Part shown: piece after piece, positions 14,983-22,156 of the stretch
Position numbering within the stretch: the stretch's first letter is position 1
How the letters are laid out: each line of letters begins with the position of its first letter
From: Bacillus pseudomycoides
Lineage (GTDB): Bacteria; Bacillota; Bacilli; Bacillales; Bacillaceae_G
Assembly (NCBI RefSeq): GCF_022811845.1
Contig: NZ_CP064266.1
Coordinates: forward strand, 3,586,314-3,610,313
Direction: 5' to 3'
Length of the DNA stretch: 24,000 nt
Made by a program: the position numbers and the translations under genes
Notes under the pieces: model-generated
The model's database searches: none
What the model saw: the letters and a program-made list of their open reading frames with translations, nothing else
Told to the model about the DNA's origin: nothing

Positions 14983-15019
14983 AAAAAGTATCCTTTACTT
15001 CGTTAAAGGATACTTTTTT
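14983..15019. terminator. Strong bidirectional terminator
   Basis: A 15-bp perfect stem, aaaaagtatccttta (14983-14997) with taaaggatacttttt (15004-18), carries A and T tracts on either side. Confidence 0.8.
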
Positions 15020-15021
15020 CT

Positions 15022-15126
15022 TTATTTTAACATTAAATTCAAAAATATAACATCCATTTTAGCATCAGAAGTTATTACTGTTCCAGGTAAAATCACATAT
15101 TGTTTTAGAAAATTAAAGTTACTCAT
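15022..15126 (-). CDS. Unannotated 34-aa small ORF with a strong RBS (speculative)
   Basis: On the minus strand, AAAGGAG, an 8-nt spacer, then ATG at 15126: MSNFNFLKQYVILPGTVITSDAKMDVIFLNLMLK. The stop at 15022-15024 abuts the shared terminator. It is below the ORF-track length cutoff. Confidence 0.25.
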   Translation of the reverse strand: MSNFNFLKQYVILPGTVITSDAKMDVIFLNLMLK

Positions 15127-15362
15127 ATTTTTTCTCCTTTTTTAATCTATCTTCCTAGAGGAATTTCTCTAGCAGGACTACCTGACCTATGAATAACACT
15201 TTAAAATTATGGAGGAAAGGGAAGAGGTTGTAAATATGAAAATACAAAAATATACAAATGAAAATGCTAATTATGTTTTAGAGAGATAGCGATTTAGCAA
15301 ATGGGGTGCATATGAGGTAATGCGCCTTTCTATGTTACTGCTATATGTAAAGTAATAAGAAG

Positions 15363-15389
15363 AGCCGGTTCCTATTAAAGGAGCCGGCT
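15363..15389. terminator. Stem-loop downstream of the minus-strand gene 15413-15670
   Basis: agccggttcc (15363-15372) pairs with ggagccggct (15380-15389), giving 10 bp with one G-U pair. Confidence 0.55.
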
Positions 15390-15412
15390 TATATATATAT
15401 TTGTTCATTTAA

Positions 15413-15670
15413 TTATGCTTCATATGCCATGCTATCAGGAAAGTCTTCGTTTCTTTTAAGACATCGCACAATCCTAGTACATGCACAATTAAAATAATGT
15501 TCTCTCATTGTTTCTGAATCTACTGGGGCTTGCTCTAAGTCATAAAACATTCGTTCTTTTTTATTATAATACATTTTGCCTATTTTATCGGGGGATTCAG
15601 AAGGGTAGTATTGATAAACAACAATTTCTTCATCTTCCAATTCTTTAGTCATTAATAAACATACTGCCAT
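15413..15670 (-). CDS. Putative immunity protein (paralogue of 15833-16138)
   Basis: AAGGAGG RBS (15680-15686, minus strand), 9 nt before the ATG. The 85-aa ORF begins LLMTKELEDEEIVVYQYYPS, related to IVITKELDNSDYAIYSFGPS of its neighbour. It is immediately preceded by a toxin-tail remnant. Confidence 0.55.
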   Translation of the reverse strand: MAVCLLMTKELEDEEIVVYQYYPSESPDKIGKMYYNKKERMFYDLEQAPVDSETMREHYFNCACTRIVRCLKRNEDFPDSMAYEA

Positions 15671-15688
15671 AGATAAAGACCTCCTTAT

Positions 15689-15787
15689 TTATTCTTTATC
15701 TATTTTTGGCACATCCCATGGTCTACCAGATCTCACAGTGGCATCATGTGCTTCTCTATACGTTGTTTTAAATATTCCTTTTAGATT
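15689..15787 (-). pseudogene. Toxin C-terminal tail remnant (32 codons)
   Basis: The minus strand reads NLKGIFKTTYREAHDATVRSGRPWDVPKIDKE then stops, directly upstream of the immunity-gene RBS. The frame is closed by a TAA at its 5' side, so only the tail survives. Confidence 0.45.
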
Positions 15788-15832
15788 TTAGTTACTTCCC
15801 ACATATTGAAGCTAAATAAAGTAATATAGTAT

Positions 15833-16138
15833 TTAAGCAAATGAAATGTGATTTGGAAGATCAATATTTTTAAAATTTTTCATTCCACCATCATTTTCAA
15901 TTTGTTTATGGATTTTAATAATACATTTATAGAACAATGAAATATGTTTTTTAGGTATGTCATCAAGTAAAACAAAACTTTCTTTGACAGAAAGCTTATC
16001 TTTTAAGAGCTTAAAACGCCATCTTTCATACATTTCTCGATATTCATTACACATTTCAATACTAGGGCCAAAACTATAAATGGCATAATCACTATTATCT
16101 AGCTCTTTTGTTATTACAATCGCAGGATATCTTCCCAT
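15833..16138 (-). CDS. Putative immunity protein (paralogue of 15413-15670)
   Basis: AAGGAG RBS and a 101-aa ORF. It shares the N-terminal ITKELD...Y.F.PS motif with 15413-15670 and is preceded by a second SGRPW toxin-tail remnant. Confidence 0.55.
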   Translation of the reverse strand: MGRYPAIVITKELDNSDYAIYSFGPSIEMCNEYREMYERWRFKLLKDKLSVKESFVLLDDIPKKHISLFYKCIIKIHKQIENDGGMKNFKNIDLPNHISFA

Positions 16139-16155
16139 TCTAATACACTCCTTGA

Positions 16156-16245
16156 TTAATCAAATGCTTTAGCTAAAGGAATTTTAAAATGTTCATCAAG
16201 CGGACTCATAGGTTCTGTATCAGGAGCATTCCAAGGTCTTCCCGA
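16156..16245 (-). pseudogene. Second toxin C-terminal tail remnant (SGRPW motif)
   Basis: The minus strand reads SGRPWNAPDTEPMSPLDEHFKIPLAKAFD then stops at 16156-16158. Upstream sequence (to ~16270) contains stops and frameshifts where the first remnant has REAHDATVR. Confidence 0.4.
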
Positions 16246-16470
16246 TTAACATTATGAACCGAGAGGATAAATACGTAAATATATAAATAAAGTAAAAATA
16301 TATGTATGTAAATTAAAATAAGGTTTAAAACATAAAAAATGCTAACAAGTTTGCAAACGAACTTGCTAACATCTATTTATATATCGATAAAAAATTGGGG
16401 GCTGTTTATGGTAATCAAATTTTTACAGTTCAAACAGTTAAAAGTATGAATATATAAGGAGGAATCTGCT

Positions 16471-16980
16471 TTGTTCTCTATACGTTATAAAGTATTTTTT
16501 GATGAAATATATGATGATCATGAATTAAAAGGAGCAGACGGTTATTTTCAAATACAAGTGGACAATGAAAACTATGGATTATTACTTTCAGAGGAACTAG
16601 ATGCGTTTTCTGTATCGGTATATTGGTGGTTTTATTATTTTTTAGAAGCAACAGAACTACTAAAAAATGAAAAGCAAGTGTATATAAGTGATATAGAAAC
16701 TCCACAAGTTTGGATTGAACTAAAAAAAACTAATAGTGATTATATTTCTATTAGCAAAGCTTATGCAAATAAACCAGAAGGAAGCCATGCAGTCGAATGT
16801 AGTAATATAGTTGGAATAACTTATCTTAGTTGGAATTCTAAACTTGTATCATTGGAAGACTTTAGAAATGAATTGTTAGAGAAATCTAAGATGTATGCGA
16901 AAGACTTGCAGGAACTAAATGACGAGCCGCACCCATATATCTTAAAGTTAGAGTTTTTAATAAAAAAAGTTGAAAATTAA
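16471..16980 (+). CDS. Hypothetical protein, immunity-like
   Basis: AGGAGG RBS, 7 nt, then TTG at 16471. It is a 169-aa acidic cytoplasmic-type ORF in a toxin-remnant context. I did not recognise the family. Confidence 0.5.
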   Translation: MFSIRYKVFFDEIYDDHELKGADGYFQIQVDNENYGLLLSEELDAFSVSVYWWFYYFLEATELLKNEKQVYISDIETPQVWIELKKTNSDYISISKAYANKPEGSHAVECSNIVGITYLSWNSKLVSLEDFRNELLEKSKMYAKDLQELNDEPHPYILKLEFLIKKVEN

Positions 16981-16990
16981 TAGATATATT

Positions 16991-17260
16991 ATGCTTATAA
17001 AGAATGTCAATGGGCTAAATAGGAAAGAATTTTATGCTCACAGTAGTATAAATGAATTAAGTGGTGTGTTAGAGGAAAGAGTGGCGGATATTATATTAAA
17101 GCCTAATAACCCAACTTTTAAAGCTTCAATAGCAGCAGATAAGAATGGAATTGAATACCCAAGAGAGGCTGATACTGACTATAAAATTCTAAATGATATA
17201 GCTAACAGACTTGGAAATAATACTGAGGCAAAAGGCAAAATATTGACTCAAATCCAACTT
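16991..17260 (+). pseudogene. 3'-truncated toxin-domain fragment (possibly deaminase-like) ending at the IS junction
   Basis: It reads MLIKNVNGLNRKEFYAHSSINELSG...KPNNPTFKASIAADKNGIEYPREADTDYKILNDIANRLGNNTEAKGKI. Beyond ~17250 the ORF only continues as antisense of tnpA. The segment R.ADTDYKILNDIA....G.I resembles the region before the PCxxC motif in toxin deaminases, but that motif is missing, so the family call is weak. Confidence 0.3.
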
Positions 17261-17629
17261 CTTCACCACGTCTACTGGTGCACCACCAGTAGTTATCAAA
17301 CAAAAACTTCTTGCCCAAAACATTTCTTTCCAAAGTTTCTTTTTCACTTGTGGAAATTCTTTCTTTATTAATCGAGAACTCGCACTCTTATAAGCATTAA
17401 TGAACTTTGTCATTTCTGTATTAGGGTGTGCCTTGCACAATATATGTACGTGGTCAACATCATGATTTCACTCGACTAACGTTATATTGTAGTTCTCAGA
17501 AAGTCTTACAAACATGTCCTTTGCATAGTCAGACATATCATCATCGAATACATTTCTTCTGTATTTCACAACTAATACAAGATGATAATACAATAAGAAC
17601 ACTGAATGATTATTACTATCTAGTTTCAC
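17189..17629 (-). mobile_element. tnpA: IS200/IS605-family tnpA (Y1 transposase) pseudogene
   Basis: The minus strand from GTG 17629 reads KLDSNNHSVFLLYYHLVLVVKYRRNVFDDDMSDYAKDMFVRLSENYNITLVE, then TGA at 17470-17468, then NHDVDHVHILCKAHPNTEMTKFINAYKSASSRLIKKEFPQVKKKLWKEMFWARSFCLITTGGAPVDVVKK. It carries the HUH (HVHIL) and KYRR hallmarks. The 3' end diverges and overlaps the toxin fragment, so the element appears truncated. Confidence 0.8.
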
Positions 17630-17834
17630 CGATACACCAACCTTTATATTTTATAAGACTGATTATATTAGGAGCAAAATAAAAAGCAAAGTCAAGTGCT
17701 TTTTGGCTACACCAAACCGAAATTCATTTCCCGCCTACCGTTGGGCTATCGCCCTTTACACGCTTGAGGAAGGAGAATTCTTTCGGGGAGTGCGATTAAA
17801 TGTTTTCATTTAATGTCACACATTATAAATGAAA

Positions 17835-17884
17835 AAAGAAGGATAGGTAAGCGGAAACATTATCTGCTTTATCTATCCTTTTTT
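17835..17884. terminator. Bidirectional terminator after the lipoprotein gene
   Basis: aaaagaaggatag.. pairs with ..ctatccttttttt in an imperfect inner stem, with A and T tracts on both sides. It lies 30 nt downstream of the minus-strand stop at 17915. Confidence 0.6.
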
Positions 17885-17914
17885 GTACTACAAATCCCGT
17901 CTTCTTTTGCTACT

Positions 17915-19219
17915 CTATTTCGGTAATGTGAATTTCACTTTTTTCCCTTTTGAAATGTCTTTTGCGTCTTTATTTCTCATAGGTCCTAATTCGATCTCAA
18001 AGCTTTTGTTTTTCAAAATCTTTTCATACTGCTCCTGATCTAAGGTGAAAACCTGTAATAACTCGCCAGATGTTCCAACTTTAATCGAATCATTATATTT
18101 GTAATTCAGCAACATGCCTTCGTTGAGCGTATACTGCGAGCCATCATTAACTCTTAGTGTAGAACTTATTGAAGACAACGCAATATCTTCAGTCTCTTTG
18201 TTATCGAGTTTAAATTTGACTGTCAATAAAACAATGCCATTTTTGAAATTTTCAAATCGGGGAGCTTCAACGGAATTTGGCGTGAATTTGGTGAATTGGT
18301 ATCCATCAAATGTAACATTGACAGCACCTAATTGTTCACTTTTATTAATGTTTGATTTTTCACTTAGCATTGTTTTCTCGCCCATGTTTTCAACGGTTGC
18401 TTTATCTTGATAAAAAGTTTTATCTGCTGAAACCTTATCAGAACCTTGTTTATTTAAACTTAACGCAAATTTCCCCGGACTTCCGATTGGAGCGTCAAAT
18501 TTTCCTTTATTAGCCTGCGCTTCAGGAACCATTACTGATACCGTTGATAGCCCCAAAATTTTTGCTAAATCATCTTTACCGAATGGATAAGCAGCATAAC
18601 CAGAAACGGTTTCCCCTGCTTTTACTAAATAATTATTCTTTGGAGACAATTTTTCAGATAATTGTTCTTCTTTTGGGATTAAATCTTTATAATTACTGTA
18701 ATCCTTTTTAGCGCCTGTAAATGTTATGTTTAAAGTTGGCATATAATAAACATCTTTATTTGAACTATTCTTTACAGTATAGTGTGCAAGAATAACCCCG
18801 CCATTTGTCTGCCTGTTAAAAGGAATGTCAAAATCGGCATGAAAATCATTCAATTCAACTAATGTATAGTTATCAAGCGATACTGAAACATCTTGCAATT
18901 TATGTACTTGCGGTTCCTTGTTTTCATAAAGAACTTTTGTTTTACCTTGTGTTTCTTTCTCCATATATGAGATAAGCTTTGAATAATCGCTTGAGCTAGC
19001 TACCGTATTTTTAGTGTTTGTATCTTTAGATTCTTTTTCTTTTGGTGTATCCTTTTTTTCTTCTTTATTTTCTTTTTGAGTATCTTTTTTCTCTTCCGTA
19101 TTTTCTTTTGTCACATTCTCTTTTTGATCATTATTTGCTTTATCACTTTGACCACAGCCAGTTATCATAAGGGCTGCAACCATCACGACAGAAAATAAAG
19201 ACATTACTTTTTTTGACAT
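17915..19219 (-). CDS. Lipoprotein with Lys/Glu-rich linker and two beta-rich domains
   Basis: The signal peptide MSKKVMSLFSVVMVAALMITGC carries a lipobox (ITG-C). A repetitive linker follows (KENTEEKKDTQKENKEEKKDTPKEKESKDT), then two similar domains (..HYTVKNSSNKDVYY.. and ..LLTVKFKLDNKETEDI..). The RBS is GGGGGAAG. Confidence 0.8.
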   Translation of the reverse strand: MSKKVMSLFSVVMVAALMITGCGQSDKANNDQKENVTKENTEEKKDTQKENKEEKKDTPKEKESKDTNTKNTVASSSDYSKLISYMEKETQGKTKVLYENKEPQVHKLQDVSVSLDNYTLVELNDFHADFDIPFNRQTNGGVILAHYTVKNSSNKDVYYMPTLNITFTGAKKDYSNYKDLIPKEEQLSEKLSPKNNYLVKAGETVSGYAAYPFGKDDLAKILGLSTVSVMVPEAQANKGKFDAPIGSPGKFALSLNKQGSDKVSADKTFYQDKATVENMGEKTMLSEKSNINKSEQLGAVNVTFDGYQFTKFTPNSVEAPRFENFKNGIVLLTVKFKLDNKETEDIALSSISSTLRVNDGSQYTLNEGMLLNYKYNDSIKVGTSGELLQVFTLDQEQYEKILKNKSFEIELGPMRNKDAKDISKGKKVKFTLPK

Positions 19220-19503
19220 TTCTCTTCCCCCTGTTTTTTCTCTATTAAACTTTTAATCTACACAACCAAATAATTAATTATATCCCCTCCCTATCGTCTC
19301 CACGTTTCATTATAGGAAAAATGTCTATCATTTACCAGCTTTTTCTAGTACCTTGCACCATCCATACACCACGGCAAATTTATGAGGCGAAAAACAAAAA
19401 ATAATAAGTTTGTACTTTTCGGAAAATTCTAATTTAGATTATAATAAGATCATAAGTTATTTGTTATGCGATGAATCTTATCTTAAAATTGGTGGTGTAA
19501 TAT

Positions 19504-20084
19504 GTGAAGCATACAAATAAAGAACTAATAAGAATGAGACAAGAGATTATATATAGTGAGAGTGATTTATTAGGGCAAGTAAGAGAAGTTTTAGAAAAAA
19601 AGATGTTAAAACTGCGGAAATATATGATGCGAACAAAGAGGATCTGCATTATACAAGTGAAACATTGCGTGAAAAATTCAATTTGCCTTTTCCTCAAATT
19701 GTTGTAAATGCGGGGCTATACGATCTTAATAATCATTTGAAGTGCATCCCTAAAGAGATAATATATGAAGAACTTAATCGAGAATTTAAGCGTATAGGCT
19801 CGACAAGGAAGAATATTTATAACAGTAAAAGAAATAAGAGCCATTTTCCTTATAGTGATACTTTGAAAATAAGATTAAATCAAAGTTGGCCAGAAATTTT
19901 ATTGTGCTGTAATCAATTAAGTGAAGTAAAAAAGTATGATGAAATTTCAAAAGAATTGCTTAAAGATGAATATAAAATGATTAGCAAAAAATTGGGTCGT
20001 GCTGCTACTATTCGAGAGTTAACAGATCGTACTATTTTTTCGCTTGATATATATCGCCAACATTTTTCTACAATAAAAGTATGA
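19504..20084 (+). pseudogene. Homing-endonuclease-associated-repeat (HEAR)-like protein, frameshifted in an A7 run
   Basis: ORFs 19504-19707 and 19665-20084 join if the A7 run at 19595-19601 is read as A8: ..SESDLLGQVREVLEKKDVKTAEIYDANKEDLHYTSETLREKFNLPFPQIVVNAGL / IPKEIIYEELNREFKRIGS...YSDTLKIRLNQSWPEILLCCN / ISKELLKDEYKMISKKLGRAATIRELTD...SLDIYRQHFSTI. That gives three repeats of ~55 aa with the HEAR-like pattern. Confidence 0.45.
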
Positions 20085-20093
20085 ATAGTCATT

Positions 20094-20289
20094 ATGGTCG
20101 AAAGGAATGAAATGGCAATGTTCGATAAAGGTAAGAATCAAACTAACGATATAATTTTTTCATATGATGTTAAGAAAGACGATTAATGGCGTTCAAATAG
20201 AAGTGATTAAAATAGGTGATGAAGTTGTATCTGGATATCCAACTAGTGAAGGTATTACACAGCTTTTAACAGGTTTAACTACACCTTAA
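20094..20289 (+). pseudogene. Toxin C-terminal tail remnant (nuclease-like ...V.V...G.V.SGYPT), frameshifted
   Basis: One frame reads MVERNEMAMFDKGKNQTNDIIFSYDVKKDD then stops. The next reads ..RKTINGVQIEVIKIGDEVVSGYPTSEGITQLLTGLTTP and stops at 20287-20289, 29 nt before an immunity-type gene. The tail pattern resembles bacterial EndoU-like toxin C-termini, from memory and unverified. Confidence 0.35.
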
Positions 20290-20318
20290 TATTATAGATA
20301 ATTAAAGGAGATTTTTAA

Positions 20319-20732
20319 ATGTATAAAGAATTTGAGGATTATCTTTTTGGATATTTTACAGTCGACTATTGGTATGATGAAGGATTTTTAATCGCACAAG
20401 AAATGTTACTGGAATTCTCTTCTCATGATTGGAAAGAATTACTTAATACGGCAGTAACCAAACCTTTAGAGTGGCAGCGAAAATTAGCCTACTGTTTGGA
20501 TAATGAATGTAGTATGAATGAGTTGAAAGCGCTATTAATAATGTTGGATACAGACGATAAAGAACTATTCGAAATATGCGTAGATACGTTGAGAAGCTTT
20601 ACAAGTTCAGAAAGTAAACAGCTTATATTGGAAAATCCATCAATTATACAGCGAGTAAATGATCTGATTCCACAAGCTGGTGTTGCAACTAGAAAAATAT
20701 TAAAAGACTTTCTTAGTAATATTTATTCATAG
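20319..20732 (+). CDS. Putative immunity protein (helical)
   Basis: AAAGGAG RBS and a 137-aa ORF located directly after the toxin-tail remnant. It is a helical, acidic sequence (..WKELLNTAVTKPLEWQRKLAYCLDNE..). Confidence 0.55.
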   Translation: MYKEFEDYLFGYFTVDYWYDEGFLIAQEMLLEFSSHDWKELLNTAVTKPLEWQRKLAYCLDNECSMNELKALLIMLDTDDKELFEICVDTLRSFTSSESKQLILENPSIIQRVNDLIPQAGVATRKILKDFLSNIYS

Positions 20733-20795
20733 TTAATTAAGCTTTATTTGATTAAATTAGGAAAACAAAGAAAGATTATCAATTAAAGAAAGGGA

Positions 20796-21236
20796 ATGAG
20801 GCATATCATGAGAAAAATCAAGTGGTTATTTTCAGAAGAAATAGTAGATGAACAAATAATAAATAAAGTAGAAAAATCGTTTGGAGTAAACTTTCCATAC
20901 GATTATAAAGAATGTGTTAAAAAATATAATGGCGGATATCCAGAGCCAAATACTTTTGAATTTGTAACTGGGGGAGAAGGTGTAATAAATGATTTATTAA
21001 GTTTTACAAGTGAAGAAATGAATATAGGGATGTTTTACGATCCAATACAGCCTGAGATAGAGGGGATTATTCCTTTTGCGAAGGATCCTTTCGGAAATCT
21101 AATATGTTTTGACTATCGTGCGGATAAACTATCACCAACAATTGTATTTTGGGATCATGAGGAACAAGGAGAAGCAGCTATAGAGATAATTTGTCATACA
21201 TTTTCAGAGCTATTAGATGGATTGCATGATGATTAA
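20796..21236 (+). CDS. SMI1/KNR4 (SUKH-1) family immunity protein
   Basis: The pattern I..VEK.FGV.FP.DYKE.VKKYNGGYP........GE.V.N.LLSF.......GII...PFAKDPFGNLICFDY.......IVFWDHE is typical of SMI1/KNR4. The start could be 20796 or 20808. Confidence 0.8.
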   Translation: MRHIMRKIKWLFSEEIVDEQIINKVEKSFGVNFPYDYKECVKKYNGGYPEPNTFEFVTGGEGVINDLLSFTSEEMNIGMFYDPIQPEIEGIIPFAKDPFGNLICFDYRADKLSPTIVFWDHEEQGEAAIEIICHTFSELLDGLHDD

Positions 21237-21303
21237 AAATCTAATAAAGTAATTAGGAAAGTAAAGGGAATACATATGAATTTTGAATATACATGTATCC
21301 TCT

Positions 21304-21341
21304 AAAAAAGAACCTTCGTGGTAATATCGAAGGTTCTTTTT
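21304..21341 (+). terminator. Rho-independent terminator
   Basis: aaaaagaaccttcg (21305-21318) pairs with cgaaggttcttttt (21328-21341) and has a T-run. Confidence 0.75.
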
Positions 21342-21724
21342 GCTAGAATATTTATGATTCTTTCGCAGTGAATATTTGTTTGAAACGGTGTAAATTTTCC
21401 TTTTCTTCTCGATTTTTACTTTTGATAAAACACTTAAGAGCAGTGAGTTTGCAGAATAATTTCTGTCTTTTTCTAATAGGTGTCTCATACCTGACACCAT
21501 CATATACAGATCTAAAATAACAATGGTAAATAATAAAGAAGGACCAAAAACTATCCAAAAAGGTTAACTTAGATAGTCTTAAAGAATGCTAAGTGCATCA
21601 ATATAACTAATACTTGTAATATTTGTTGATTTGGCCAAACATAAGATTTTGGAAGTAGATAGGGCCTTATGTGCAGCTTGCATATTAAAAAACCTCTTTT
21701 TCGACAAAAAAATAAATATCTTGC

Positions 21725-21753
21725 TTGACAGCCGTAAATATAACCGATATAAT
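21725..21753 (+). promoter_or_regulatory. Consensus sigma-A promoter of the T-box/transporter operon
   Basis: TTGACA (21725-21730), a 17-nt spacer, then TATAAT (21748-21753). Both hexamers match the consensus perfectly. Confidence 0.75.
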
Positions 21754-21793
21754 TCGTAGTAATTTCAAAAGAACTTATATTCAGAATATTAGA

Positions 21794-22068
21794 TTGCGTT
21801 GAATAGGAGTAGTAAGGTCATGTGTTTGTACAGAGAGCTATGGGTTGGTGTGACATAGTCAAATAACATCCTGAACTCGCCTAGGAGCAGTAAGGTGGAA
21901 CAGAAGTCTAATTCTTAGTAAATCTTAACGGTTAACCTTCGATAACAGGTTTGTAATCAAACGATTACTGCTAAGGTGGATTCATAATGGAATCAATAAG
22001 AGTGGTACCGCGTTAAGTAAATGGCTTAGCGTCTCTTTATATAAAGAGATGCTGGGCCATTTTTTATT
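21794..22068 (+). promoter_or_regulatory. T-box leader (tRNA-sensing riboswitch), specifier CUC = Leu
   Basis: The Stem I base has the GA/K-turn motif (TTGCGTTGAATAGG...CCTAGGAGCA), an AGTAGTA S-turn and a CAGAGAGC AG-bay. The specifier loop CCTGAA-CTC-G (CTC at 21876-21878) aligns with the glyQS GAA-GGC-A layout. The T-box sequence AATAAGAGTGGTACCGCG lies at 21996-22013. The terminator hairpin at 22021-22060 (atggcttagcgtctcttt/aaagagatgctgggccat) is followed by TTTTTT. Confidence 0.85.
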
Positions 22069-22156
22069 ATATATAGGAAGAAATGGAGGTTTTATTTGGA
22101 TTGGTCAATTATATTTATTTATTAATATAAAGAGATTTAATTAGGAGGAAAATACG

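Noticed and set aside
16970-17682. Track ORFs 16970-17371 (133 aa) and 17428-17682 (84 aa) as real genes
   Set aside because: The 3' third of the first ORF and all of the second are antisense to the IS200/IS605 tnpA reading frame. The first is a chimera of a toxin fragment and antisense IS sequence.
19020-19100. Tandem KEN.EEKKDT repeats in the lipoprotein gene as a possible independent repeat element
   Set aside because: It is an in-frame low-complexity Lys/Glu linker typical of lipoprotein tethers and needs no separate explanation.
1-21300. Prophage or integrative element explanation for the accessory region
   Set aside because: There are no integrase, recombinase, tRNA attachment site, phage structural or replication genes. 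The only mobility gene is a defective IS200/IS605 tnpA. The content is toxin/immunity cassettes interleaved with chromosomal genes.
21336-21350. ttttgctaga after the SMI1/KNR4 terminator resembling the post-immunity spacer motif
   Set aside because: Only ~10 nt match, and the rest of the motif (TCTGAGGAAA) is absent.
21213-21700. Minus-strand ORFs 21213-21503 and 21352-21558, plus a 34-codon ORF starting at ~21681 with an AAGAGG RBS; possibly a decayed small membrane-protein gene divergent from the T-box promoter
   Set aside because: The pieces lie in different frames, no recognisable family or motif is present, and the first ORF overlaps the SMI1/KNR4 gene and its terminator. There is not enough support to call a feature.
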